Assembly (NCBI GenBank): GCA_035625085.1
Contig: DASPQG010000041.1
Coordinates: 1 to 53,615 of the forward strand
Direction of reading: 5' to 3'
DNA from: Thermoplasmata archaeon
Lineage (GTDB): Archaea > Thermoplasmatota > Thermoplasmata > Lutacidiplasmatales > UBA184
Length of the DNA stretch: 53,615 bases
Part shown: positions 8,805 to 17,581 of the stretch, in pieces
Position numbering within the stretch: position 1 is the first letter of the stretch
Layout of the letters: each line of letters starts with the position of its first letter
Program-made: the position numbers and the translations under genes
Notes under the pieces: generated by a model
What the model was told of the DNA's origin: nothing
The model's input: the letters and a program-made list of their open reading frames with translations, nothing else
Databases searched by the model: none

Positions 8805-10835
8805 GTGAGGATCCGTGGTGGCGCTCGGTGGTACGCGTTCTTGGCGGTCGCGGTAGGGCTTGGCCTCCTGGTCTCCCTCGCGCCTGTCGTCCCAACGCCC
8901 ACGGGAGCTTCCTCCCGAGCCGCCTCGGCCCCGGGAATGCCTTCGGTCGCGGAGTCGAATGGACCTCGTTCGAATGGGGTCCTCGCGAACGAGGGCCTGC
9001 CCGCACTGGCCGTGCCCTCCTGGGTCAATGTCACCCCGACTCCGCCCGAGGCGTCCCCTCCGGGGGTCCTCTGGGGGTCTCTTTCGTACGATCCGGCCGA
9101 TCGGGAGGTCGTGGCGTTCGGCGGGTGTGATAGGGCCGTCTGCCCGCAGAACTACACGTGGGTCTTCTCGGACGGGTTCTGGACGAACATCACGAATCCG
9201 CACGACGCGCCTCCGGCCCGCTTCGGGGCGATGATGACCTACGACGCCAATATGGACGGCGTCCTGTTGTTCGGAGGCGTCGGAGCCTCGAGCTACCTCA
9301 ATGACACCTGGCTTTTCAGCGCCGGCAGCTGGACGAACCTCTCCTGGGTCGGTCCCGCCCCGATGGCTCGCGCGTTCGCGAGCCTGGCGTTCGACCCGGA
9401 CCCGGAGGTGAACGGCTCGGTCCTGTGGGGAGGGTTCAACCCCGGACCCGGGGACCTCAACGACACCTGGGCCTGGGAGTCCTGGGCCGGCTGGGTCCAA
9501 TTGAACCCCTCGACCGCCCCGCCCCCGTCCTCGGAGACGTCCATGGCCTACGACCCGGTGGAGTCGGCCCTGATCCTGTACGGGGCCAACGCCACGAGCT
9601 CCACCTGGGAGTTTCAGGGCGGGCAGTGGTGGCAGGTGAACACGCCCGGGCCGCCGTTCCGGACCGGGGCCGGGATGGTGTACGTCCCCGGGGCGGCGGC
9701 CGTCTTCCTCTTCGGGGGCGCCAACAACACGGCGTACCTCAACGACTCCTGGTCGTTCGCCAACGGGACCTGGTCCAACGACACCTCGGGGCTCGGGCCC
9801 GCGCCGCCCCCCCGGTATTACTTCGGGCTCACGCTCGACCCGTCCGGCTCGGTACCCCTCGTGTTCGGAGGCACGGGCGCGGTGGGATACATGAACGACA
9901 CCTGGGCGATCGCGATCCCGATCTCGAGCTCGCTCGGTGCGAGCTCCGCCTCCACGGAGGTGTCCACGAACGTCTCGTTCACGGCCACCGTGAGCAACGG
10001 GATCCCGCCGTACCTCGCCACCTTCCACTTCGGCGACAACGTGACCGCCCAGGTGTCGGGGAGCGGCCCGACGCTCGTCGCGACCCACGCGTTCGTCAAC
10101 CCGGGCCACTACACCGCCTGGGTGAACGTCACCGACTCGATCGGCCTTCACGCGAGCGCGCTCGCGAGCGCGGTCTCGGTAGCGGCGGGCCCGGCGATCT
10201 CCGCCTCCGCGACCCCCTCGAGCGTCGACGTCGGGCAGAGCGTCTCGTTCTCCGCCACAGCGATCTCGCCGGGAGTCCCCCCCATCACCTACCAGTGGAC
10301 GTTCGGTGACGGCGAGGGTGCGAGCGGGTCGTCCCCGAGCCACGCCTACGCCGCGGCCGGAATGTACTCGGTCGCGGTCGTCGGGACGGACGCGGACGGC
10401 GTGAGGGCGAACGCGAACCTCTCCGTGGTGGTCGTCGCGCTCCCGACCCTCAGCGTCGGGGACAACCGATCGAGCGCGACGGTCGACAACCCGATCGCGT
10501 TCTACGCCAACCTCTCGGGCGGGACCGCCCCGTTCGAGTTCAGCTGGAGCTTCGGGGACGGGAACAAGAGCAGCTTCCCGACGCCGTTCCACGTCTTCTC
10601 GACCGCCGGGAACTTCACCGTCCAGGTCTGGACGAACGACTCGTTCTCCGTGATGGACCACGAGTCGCTCACCGTCTCGATCCACGCGGCGAGCGGCCCG
10701 CCACCCCCGACCACCATCACCCAGACGAAGACCGGTGGGATGCCGAACTGGTTCTATCCGGCCCTCGGAGGTCTCGCCGCGGTCGGACTGGTCGGTAGCG
10801 TACTGCTCGTCTGGCGGGGCCGTCGGTCCGCGTGA
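8805..10835 (+). CDS. Kelch-repeat plus 3x PKD-domain surface protein with C-terminal TM anchor
   Basis: Kelch blades (LLFGG...NDTWLFSAGSWTNLS). Three PKD signatures: HFGDN..., YQWTFGDGEG and FSWSFGDGNK. C-terminal TM followed by WRGRRSA. GTG 8805 follows a GGGAGGG SD (8794-8800). The 8706 start in the track would overlap the previous gene by 89 nt. Confidence 0.75.
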   Translation: MRIRGGARWYAFLAVAVGLGLLVSLAPVVPTPTGASSRAASAPGMPSVAESNGPRSNGVLANEGLPALAVPSWVNVTPTPPEASPPGVLWGSLSYDPADREVVAFGGCDRAVCPQNYTWVFSDGFWTNITNPHDAPPARFGAMMTYDANMDGVLLFGGVGASSYLNDTWLFSAGSWTNLSWVGPAPMARAFASLAFDPDPEVNGSVLWGGFNPGPGDLNDTWAWESWAGWVQLNPSTAPPPSSETSMAYDPVESALILYGANATSSTWEFQGGQWWQVNTPGPPFRTGAGMVYVPGAAAVFLFGGANNTAYLNDSWSFANGTWSNDTSGLGPAPPPRYYFGLTLDPSGSVPLVFGGTGAVGYMNDTWAIAIPISSSLGASSASTEVSTNVSFTATVSNGIPPYLATFHFGDNVTAQVSGSGPTLVATHAFVNPGHYTAWVNVTDSIGLHASALASAVSVAAGPAISASATPSSVDVGQSVSFSATAISPGVPPITYQWTFGDGEGASGSSPSHAYAAAGMYSVAVVGTDADGVRANANLSVVVVALPTLSVGDNRSSATVDNPIAFYANLSGGTAPFEFSWSFGDGNKSSFPTPFHVFSTAGNFTVQVWTNDSFSVMDHESLTVSIHAASGPPPPTTITQTKTGGMPNWFYPALGGLAAVGLVGSVLLVWRGRRSA

Positions 10836-10869
10836 GCGATTGGTTCGGGGCGGATGTGACCTCGCCCCG

Positions 10870-12411
10870 CTAGAGGGCAGCGAACTGCTCCCGGAACGCG
10901 GCGATCCCGAACGGTCGGCCGGTGACCTCCTTGAGGTGGGGCACCCAGTCGATGGTCGACCCGGGGGCGAACCAGTTCCGCGAGAGCCAGGGACCGACCC
11001 GGCGGTTCGGCCAGAGGGGGTCGCCGTAGAGCTCCCGCAACGTCCGAGTCAGGTGGCTCGCGAACAGGTTGGCGAGAAGGTAGTTCGAACCGTAGATCGG
11101 AGATTCCACGAAGAACGGGTCCACGAAGGAGAGCGGACGAGAGCTCTCGTAGCCGAACACGCGACGCTGCAACCGCTCGACCTCGGGCATCGGGTCGCGC
11201 TCGGGGCGCGCGTAGAGGAGCTCCTCGGACCGGACCCACACGGCGTTCCAGGCGGACCAGAGCAGGTCGCTGTCGCGGGCGAGCCGGGCGAACTCCTCGA
11301 CCCGGGCGCGATCGACGCCCGGCTGGGCCGTGAGCCACTCCACGGAGTTCGGGATCGCTTCGAAGAAGGCCCCGATCCCTTCGTGGAACGCGCCGAACCC
11401 CGGTACGTTCTCGGACCAGCGCAGAAGGTGCGGAGGCGCGCGGATCAGGGAGGAGTGGACCGCGTGGCCCACCTCGTGGAACATGATCATGTACGGGTTC
11501 CACCCGCCCTCGGGGTGGACGAGGATCCGCACGTCCCGCGGCGGGTCGGGGGCGAGGGTTAGACCACCGAACGGCGTGTCGTGGAAGACGACCCGGAAAT
11601 GCATCCGGTCGGATCGAAACCCCCACTGCGCGACCGCCGCCAGGATCCGGGGCAGCATCTCGTCGCGCGGGAACCACCGGTCGGGAAGCGGCGCTTGCCG
11701 TCGGCGGGCGTACAGAAAGTCCCACGGATGCCACCCGGAACCACCGGTAGCCTCCTCGAAACTCTCTCGCAACGCGCGAAGTCGACCTCTCGCGAGCTCG
11801 GCCGCGCTGTCGGCGAACTCGATCACGCGCGCGGTGGAGAGCCCGTCGAAGCCGTGGCGCATCTCGGACATCGACCGGTACCCCAGCGACCGGGCCCGCT
11901 CGTTGCGGAGCTCGACCAGCTCTCGCAACCGGCTCTCGAGCGGCCGGTGGAGGGGCTCGAGGGCATAGTACGCCTTTCGTCGGTCGGACTCGCTCGGGCT
12001 CTCCCGAAGAACCTTCATGCGCACGGCCCGGCCCACCCTCCGACCCTTCCACCGGGGCCGGAACGCGACGATCTGCTTCTGGAGACGACTGCGCAGCCGG
12101 ACGATGTCCGGATGCTGCTCCACCTGGGTGTCGAGGAGCACCCGCTCGAGGAGTTCGAGGCGGCGCTGGAGCAGGAACGGCCAGCTTCGACGGAGAGCGG
12201 CCCGAACCCAGCGAAGGAGCCGCTCATCGGAAAGGAGCTTCGCGCGCTTCAGTTGCCACGGCTCGGTCCCCTGCGTCGAGCGACCCGTCTGTTGGGCCCA
12301 GTCGGCCTCCAGGATCGCCCGGTCGAGGCGCTCGAGCCGACGGTCGAGCTCGCGAACGAACCTCACGACGTCCCGCGGGCGCGCGGGACTCGGCACGACG
12401 AGGACCGCCAC
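10870..12411 (-). CDS. M3-like zinc metallopeptidase (oligoendopeptidase F-like)
   Basis: HExxH motif MFHEVGHAVH in a mostly helical ~510-aa protein. GTG 12411 lies 28 nt after the first T of GGTAATATCC (12441-12432). The longer 12672 start adds an Arg/Pro-rich tail that crosses the divergent gene. Confidence 0.6.
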   Translation of the reverse strand: MAVLVVPSPARPRDVVRFVRELDRRLERLDRAILEADWAQQTGRSTQGTEPWQLKRAKLLSDERLLRWVRAALRRSWPFLLQRRLELLERVLLDTQVEQHPDIVRLRSRLQKQIVAFRPRWKGRRVGRAVRMKVLRESPSESDRRKAYYALEPLHRPLESRLRELVELRNERARSLGYRSMSEMRHGFDGLSTARVIEFADSAAELARGRLRALRESFEEATGGSGWHPWDFLYARRRQAPLPDRWFPRDEMLPRILAAVAQWGFRSDRMHFRVVFHDTPFGGLTLAPDPPRDVRILVHPEGGWNPYMIMFHEVGHAVHSSLIRAPPHLLRWSENVPGFGAFHEGIGAFFEAIPNSVEWLTAQPGVDRARVEEFARLARDSDLLWSAWNAVWVRSEELLYARPERDPMPEVERLQRRVFGYESSRPLSFVDPFFVESPIYGSNYLLANLFASHLTRTLRELYGDPLWPNRRVGPWLSRNWFAPGSTIDWVPHLKEVTGRPFGIAAFREQFAAL

Positions 12412-12431
12412 ACGGCGTGCAACGTGACCGC

Positions 12432-12441
12432 GGATATTACC
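12432..12441 (-). promoter_or_regulatory. TATA box GGTAATATCC for the M3-like peptidase gene (possibly bidirectional)
   Basis: First T lies 28 nt upstream of GTG 12411. Confidence 0.45.
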
Positions 12442-12491
12442 TTCCCGAGATTCCCGGCGCGGCCGTTCCTTCCGATTGCCACGAAACGAAT

Positions 12492-13256
12492 ATGGGATAC
12501 GGGAGAGCTTCGCCGACCGTGGCCCGTGTTCGACGCCCTGCGGGAAAACCGGAGCCGAAGACCTCGGCCCCAGCGGCGGAACCCCCCGAGGACGTTCGCG
12601 TCTGTCGACTCCGTGTCCGGCTTCCTCCGTCGGCGTGGTTGAAGACGTTCTCGGAGAGGCACCCGGAGGCAATCATCGAGATTCTGAGCCGGCACGACCT
12701 CGATGGCCTCCGCAGCCTCTCGGAGGTTCGGCTCCACCTCCGGGATGCGGGATCGCTCCTCGAGGACGTCGGGCGCCTTCCCCTCGTCGAGGAAGTGGAG
12801 CCACTAACGGTCGGTCCCGAGGTGATTCACTTTCGGGCCGTGCATCGGACCTCGCCGGTGGTGCGGGTCTTCCGGGAGCTGCATCTGGAGCGACGCTTCC
12901 CGTTCGTGATCCGAGACGGAGAGGCGACCTGGGTGGTGGTCGCTTCGAGGGCGAGGATCCGTACGCTGCTCGAGCGCCTCCGCGCCGTGGCGCCGGACGT
13001 TGTGCTGGAGGCGGTCCACCATTCCGAACTTCACCAGCCACTCGGCCCGCTGACGGTGCACCAGTCGGATCTCCTGCACCGCGCGATCGCCGCGGGGTAC
13101 TTCGAGATTCCTCGGAAGGTCAGCCTGACCGAGCTCGCCCAGCGACTCGAGGTGGCGACCTCGACCCTGTCGGAGAGCCTGGCGATCATCGAGAAGAAGC
13201 TCGTCGAGCAATGGCCCGAGGTCGGGTCCACCGCTGGGGCATCCTCGGGAACCTGA
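12492..13256 (+). CDS. HTH_10 (bacterio-opsin activator-type) DNA-binding protein
   Basis: C-terminal LTVHQSDLLHRAIAAGYFEIPRKVSLTELAQRLEVATSTLSESLAIIEKKLV is the typical HTH_10 motif. Start is uncertain; ATG 12492 is the first ATG outside the divergent peptidase gene. Confidence 0.65.
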   Translation: MGYGRASPTVARVRRPAGKPEPKTSAPAAEPPEDVRVCRLRVRLPPSAWLKTFSERHPEAIIEILSRHDLDGLRSLSEVRLHLRDAGSLLEDVGRLPLVEEVEPLTVGPEVIHFRAVHRTSPVVRVFRELHLERRFPFVIRDGEATWVVVASRARIRTLLERLRAVAPDVVLEAVHHSELHQPLGPLTVHQSDLLHRAIAAGYFEIPRKVSLTELAQRLEVATSTLSESLAIIEKKLVEQWPEVGSTAGASSGT

Positions 13257-13321
13257 CCGCGCGACTCGAGCGCCGGGGCGACACGCCCGGGACATGGTTT
13301 TCTCTCGACGCTTCACCCCAA

Positions 13322-13335
13322 CCGAAACGTTTCGG
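13322..13335. promoter_or_regulatory. 14-bp perfect palindrome CCGAAACGTTTCGG between the HTH_10 regulator gene and nirK
   Basis: Read directly from the sequence. Lies 68 nt upstream of ATG 13403. Confidence 0.4.
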
Positions 13336-13402
13336 TGCCGGCGTTACGGGGTTCCCGGCGGATTCCTAGTTGCCCCGACGTGCCGGGCCAGGAAGGAACC
13401 CT

Positions 13403-15004
13403 ATGGAATCCGCCACTCACGAGCATCCCGCCGCCCCGAGTTCGAGCAAGCTCTCGCGCCAAGCGCGTTCCCCGGGCTTCTGGTCCGGGGATTTCCAACC
13501 GACCCGGTCGTTCTTCCTGCTCTATCTCGCGGTCGGCCTTCTGATGGCCGAGGCGCTGATCGGACTGGTTCTGGTAACGGGAGGGGCCTCCTTGCTTCGG
13601 TCCGGCTCTTCGAGTGGTCCCCCCTCCACCTCCGTCCCGAACGGTCCGGATGTGACGTTCGAGCTCAAGGCGTTCATGACCGGCTACGTCGGCGTGAACG
13701 GCTCGATCAATGGGGTGCGGGACCCCACGCTCGTCACCAGCTGGGGGTCTCACGTTACGATCGTGCTGATCGACGGAGAGAACGCGCAGCACGATCTCCA
13801 CGTCGACGGGTACAATGTCCAGACGAACTGGGTGACGGGCGCAGAGCAACAGACGTCGATCAGCTTCCAGGCGACCCTCGAGGGGTCGTTCGATTACTAC
13901 TGTACCTTCCCGGGTCACCGGGAAGGCGGGATGCAGGGGGTATTCACGGTCGGGACGGCGACCAACCCGATCGGGCCCGAGGCGAATCTCACCACCCCGT
14001 TTATCGCGCACAGTCCCACCGCCATCCCGCCCCTGATCACGCGCAACTACTCCACGACCGTGAACCTCTACCTGCACGCGGTCGAGGAAACGGCCGAGAT
14101 TGAGAAGGGCGTCTCCTACACTTACTGGACCTACAACGGGACCGTGCCCGGACCGTTCTTCCGGGTCCGGGTGAACGACACCGTCGTGGTGCACCTGTAC
14201 AACGACCCGACGAGCATGATGAACCACTCCGTCGACTTCCACGCGGTGACGGGGCCCGGGGGTGGAGCCGCGAAGAGCCAGACGCCACCCGGTCACTGGT
14301 CGAACTTCACGTTCCTTGCGATGGTGCCCGGCCTCTTCGTGTATCACTGCGGTACGCCGAACATCCCGACCCACATCGCGAACGGCATGTTCGGGATGAT
14401 CCTGGTGCAGCCCGCCCAGGGGATGCCCCCCGTCGACCATGAGTTCTATCTGATGGAGAGCGAACTCTACCTCACCTGGCCGATCCACACCCTCGGCAAC
14501 CAGGAGTTCAACGGCACGGCGCTCCTCAACAGCGACCCGACGTACGTTGTATTCGGTGGGCGCTACGACGCCTATACGGGGGCGCACCAGCTGAATGTGT
14601 CGGTGAACGACACGGTCCGGATCTTCTTCGGGGAGGCCGGCCCGAACGACTTCTCGGCGTTCCACATGATCGGGTCGATGTTCGACCAGACCTGGCTCTA
14701 CGGGGATCTCACCGACCCACCGCTTGAGAACCTCCAGACCGTGCCGGTCCCGCCGGGCAGCACGGCGATGATGGAGTTCCAAGCGATGTACCCTGGTAAC
14801 TACCCGCTCGTCGACCACCAGATCGCGAACGCCATCGACAAGGGCGCCTTCGCGATCCTCAACGTAACGGGCTGGGCCAACACCACCATCTTCCACGCCG
14901 GTGTCTCCACGATCAGCCCCCTATCCGCCTCCGCCTTCTTCGAGGGAGATGTGCACGGGGCTTTGGCGGTCGCTCCCACCGTGGCGGCGCGACCCATCGA
15001 GTAA
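13403..15004 (+). CDS. nirK: copper-containing nitrite reductase, three-domain form with N-terminal TM anchor and extra cupredoxin domain
   Basis: NirK ligand motifs are present: HSVDFHAVTGPGGG (T1 His, catalytic Asp, T2 His), YHCGTPNIPTHIANGM (T2 His, then T1 Cys/His/Met), FHMIGSMFD and VDHQIANAIDKGA. The N-terminal domain carries the type-1 copper motif YYCTFPGHREGGM. TTG 13370 is an alternative start. Confidence 0.8.
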   Translation: MESATHEHPAAPSSSKLSRQARSPGFWSGDFQPTRSFFLLYLAVGLLMAEALIGLVLVTGGASLLRSGSSSGPPSTSVPNGPDVTFELKAFMTGYVGVNGSINGVRDPTLVTSWGSHVTIVLIDGENAQHDLHVDGYNVQTNWVTGAEQQTSISFQATLEGSFDYYCTFPGHREGGMQGVFTVGTATNPIGPEANLTTPFIAHSPTAIPPLITRNYSTTVNLYLHAVEETAEIEKGVSYTYWTYNGTVPGPFFRVRVNDTVVVHLYNDPTSMMNHSVDFHAVTGPGGGAAKSQTPPGHWSNFTFLAMVPGLFVYHCGTPNIPTHIANGMFGMILVQPAQGMPPVDHEFYLMESELYLTWPIHTLGNQEFNGTALLNSDPTYVVFGGRYDAYTGAHQLNVSVNDTVRIFFGEAGPNDFSAFHMIGSMFDQTWLYGDLTDPPLENLQTVPVPPGSTAMMEFQAMYPGNYPLVDHQIANAIDKGAFAILNVTGWANTTIFHAGVSTISPLSASAFFEGDVHGALAVAPTVAARPIE

Positions 15005-15084
15005 GCACGTCGGGGTGATTCCCCCGCGGAGGTGGGCGAACAAACCATAATCGAGTCGGACACGCTCCGCTGGCCGTCGTCGCG

Positions 15085-15699
15085 ATGACTGCCGGATCCG
15101 TCTCCCGCCCAGGGAACGATCAGGGCCTTTCCCTACCCTCCGGGGCGCTCCCACCTCCGGTGGAGCCGCGTCCAGCCTGGAGCTGGAGGAGGTGGTGGCG
15201 CGTGAACGGGGTGGTTGTCGTGGTAGGATCCTGCTTCCTGGCGGTCTTGCTAACCCTGTGGGCCCTCACGTCGATTCCGGTCCTCCTCACGACCCATCAC
15301 TTTGCCCTTACCGTTGTTTCCAACGACGCCTTTGTTCCTCTGCCCGTGAACCAAGGCTCCGGAGTGCGCCCCGAGCTCGCGCTCGCGCACTGGAGTTGCG
15401 GGATCAATGGTGCCGGGTTGAACTTCACGCCCGACTACATGGGGTTGGATTTCGTAGCGATGCCCCGCGGAGGTTCCGTCTCCGGCTCCTTTTCGGCACC
15501 GGCCGGCGCCCCGGTGTTGTTTGAATGGTGGATGACGTACGGGTCCGAGGGAATCTGCAGCACCAACGAAACGTCGGGGAGCTTCTCCGGATCGGTTTCC
15601 ACCAACCTGCCCGTCCTCGCGGAGTTCAGCGTCCTGTCTCCCTACCCACTGACGGTGTACGTCAACGGAACCGATTCGTACCTGGAACCCCTGCTGTAG
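15085..15699 (+). CDS. hypothetical N-terminally anchored extracellular protein
   Basis: 204-aa ORF with one TM (VVVVGSCFLAVLLTLWALTSIPVLL) followed by a Ser/Gly-rich ectodomain. Lies directly downstream of nirK. Confidence 0.45.
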   Translation: MTAGSVSRPGNDQGLSLPSGALPPPVEPRPAWSWRRWWRVNGVVVVVGSCFLAVLLTLWALTSIPVLLTTHHFALTVVSNDAFVPLPVNQGSGVRPELALAHWSCGINGAGLNFTPDYMGLDFVAMPRGGSVSGSFSAPAGAPVLFEWWMTYGSEGICSTNETSGSFSGSVSTNLPVLAEFSVLSPYPLTVYVNGTDSYLEPLL

Positions 15700-15715
15700 T
15701 GGACCCTGCCGAGCG

Positions 15716-16246
15716 CTACAGCCAGAGCGCCATCACGACCTCGTCGACCGGCCGGCCCGAGAGGATGACCTGTCCTCGGAGACGCGCCTCCTCCGTGAAC
15801 CCCAGCTGCCGGTACAGGGCGAGGGCACTTTCGTTGGTCGCGAAGACGCTGAGGGTCACCTTTCGGACCCTCTCTTCCTTCGCCCACCGAAGGAGCTCTT
15901 CCATCATCGCCCTCCCGAGGCCCTGTCCCCGGACGGTCTTGCGGAGTGAGATGCCGAGGCTCGCGGTGTGGGCGTTCTTCGATTGCCGCCCTCGTTCGAT
16001 GTCCGCGCTCCCCACGAGCTTGCGATCGACGATCGCGACGAGGAAGAGGGTCCGCTGCGGGTCGAGCTTGCGGAGCATGTCCGCTTCCTCGGCCACCGTA
16101 TAGCGAATCCGCTCGGTCATGATGTAGATCTGCTCGGCGCCGACCTCGTTCACCGCGTCGAGGAGCGCTTCGGCGTCCGTCGGCTCCGCCCGGCGGATCA
16201 GCGCCGCGCGGCCGTCCTTCAAGGTCACGTAGCGGGGGTGGAACAT
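15716..16246 (-). CDS. GNAT-family N-acetyltransferase
   Basis: 176 aa with acetyl-CoA motif RKTVRGQGLGRAMMEELLRWA. ATG lies 27 nt after the first T of CCTATAGTC (16275-16267). Confidence 0.75.
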   Translation of the reverse strand: MFHPRYVTLKDGRAALIRRAEPTDAEALLDAVNEVGAEQIYIMTERIRYTVAEEADMLRKLDPQRTLFLVAIVDRKLVGSADIERGRQSKNAHTASLGISLRKTVRGQGLGRAMMEELLRWAKEERVRKVTLSVFATNESALALYRQLGFTEEARLRGQVILSGRPVDEVVMALWL

Positions 16247-16379
16247 TCCCGGTGGTCCCGGGGCGAGACTATAGGGGAGGGCTTAAAGCCGGGGCCGAGA
16301 ACGCCCCTTCCGACGTCGGAGCCGTCGGGCCGGTCGTCCCCTCTCCAAGCCCCGTCGGGGGGAGCACTCAGGCGGGGCT

Positions 16380-17126
16380 CTAGGCCGCCCGCGACCGGGC
16401 CGCCGGGCTGTTGGGAACTGCCCTGGTGAGCGGCAATTGCTCCGACGGGTGATCCGCGGTGGCGAAGAGCTGGAGGTACGGGATGAGGGCGGTAACGACC
16501 CGGTTCTCCGCCTTGCGAAGGTGCTCCTCGAACGTGGTCCGGCTCACCCCCACACTCGTCGCGATCTCCTCCGTCGTAATCGACCGGGGGCTCGTGTAGT
16601 AGCCGAACCGGAAGGCGGTGAGCAGGGCGTTCGACTGCTTCTGGGTGAGATCGCCGAACAGCGCGTTCGCGTAGACGCTCGTCGGCAGCACCGCGAGATC
16701 GAGGCTCCGCTTGCTGACGAGCTCGGTGGGACCCCACTTGCGGAACGCCGCCACGAGCCGCCGGGGGTTGTCTTCCTCGAACGACATGACGCGCATGTTG
16801 GCCCACCCGTCCTGGTACAGGATCGGCGGAGCGTCCCAGCACTCGTGGCTCGAAATCAGGTTCCAGGGGCTGTCGTAGCGGCCGCACGTGCATTTGAGGA
16901 GGAAGACGCGGGACGAGTTCGCGTCGATCCATTCATCGACGAGATGCCCCGTCTTCCGGATGGCGGTCTCGGTCCGTCGGATCACTTCCGGGTCGCGCGA
17001 CGGAACTTGGAGCAGCTCGCGGTTCCAGACACACCACATCGCGATCGGAGTCTGGGGTACGTCCCTAGATAGCTCGATGAACGGGTACTCCCAGCTCGCC
17101 CTCAGGGCCACTTCGAGGATGCCCAT
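16380..17126 (-). CDS. HTH_10 (Bat-type) transcriptional regulator
   Basis: C-terminal DLTQKQSNALLTAFRFGYYTSPRSITTEEIATSVGVSRTTFEEHLRKAENRVV. ATG 17126 lies exactly 27 nt after the first T of CCCCTATATGC, so the 17150 ATG would sit inside the TATA box. Confidence 0.7.
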   Translation of the reverse strand: MGILEVALRASWEYPFIELSRDVPQTPIAMWCVWNRELLQVPSRDPEVIRRTETAIRKTGHLVDEWIDANSSRVFLLKCTCGRYDSPWNLISSHECWDAPPILYQDGWANMRVMSFEEDNPRRLVAAFRKWGPTELVSKRSLDLAVLPTSVYANALFGDLTQKQSNALLTAFRFGYYTSPRSITTEEIATSVGVSRTTFEEHLRKAENRVVTALIPYLQLFATADHPSEQLPLTRAVPNSPAARSRAA

Positions 17127-17146
17127 GTCCCTCCCAGCTCTCCCGG

Positions 17147-17156
17147 GCATATAGGG
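17147..17156 (-). promoter_or_regulatory. TATA box (CCTATATGC) for the leaderless HTH_10 regulator mRNA
   Basis: First T lies 27 nt upstream of ATG 17126. Confidence 0.5.
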
Positions 17157-17162
17157 GTTGGA

Positions 17163-17176
17163 CCGTCGTACGACGG
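17163..17176. promoter_or_regulatory. 14-bp perfect palindrome CCGTCGTACGACGG just upstream of the TATA box of the second HTH_10 regulator
   Basis: Read directly from the sequence. Same CCG-N8-CGG architecture as 13322-13335. Confidence 0.4.
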
Positions 17177-17581
17177 CCGCCTATGGCGGGTTCAACGAGT
17201 TGGTTCCCGGCGGTGTTCGGGGGTCGGTGACCACGATGTCCGAAGCGGATTGGGAGATGGAACGGCGCCGACTGATGGGGGCTCGAGGGCGAGCGATCGA
17301 GGGGTACGTGGCCCTCGAGTATCCGCGAGAGTCCGTGACCGCGGTGCTCCGCATGATGGAGACACCGCCTCCGCCCCGCGGAGGGGGGCCTCGGGGGGCG
17401 AGACCGGTTCGCCGCCTTTGGCGGACCGGGACCACCTCGTCCCGTGCCACGGCCCCGCAGGAGCCCGCCGGCTCGGATTAGTCCAGAACCCTTTCGAACC
17501 GTTTTCTGGCCGGCTCCGCGCTCATGCCGGCCCGGGCCACGAGATTCATCGGCTGGTGAGTCGCTCGAAAGCCCGGGTCCC

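Noticed and set aside
8730-10685. 651-aa minus-strand ORF antisense to the Kelch/PKD gene. Similar long antisense or offset ORFs occur at 4961-6010, 6155-7144, 7400-8464, 13313-14896, 30212-32524, 33058-35016, 38840-40204, 40875-42062, 44191-45303 and 45203-47407.
   Set aside because: Their translations are Arg/Gly/Pro/Asp/Glu-rich and low-complexity with no motifs. They lie opposite, or out of frame with, ORFs that carry clear family signatures. Long stop-free antisense frames are expected at ~68% GC.
17236-17481. Possible 81-aa protein (MSEADWEMERRRLMGARGRAIEGYVALEYPRESVTAVLRMMET...) in the 431-bp gap before the second GNAT gene.
   Set aside because: GC3 of about 77% (hand-counted) is compatible with coding. 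However, the C-terminal half is a Pro/Gly/Arg-rich tail, there is no recognisable motif, and no promoter or Shine-Dalgarno sequence lies at the right distance. Left uncalled.
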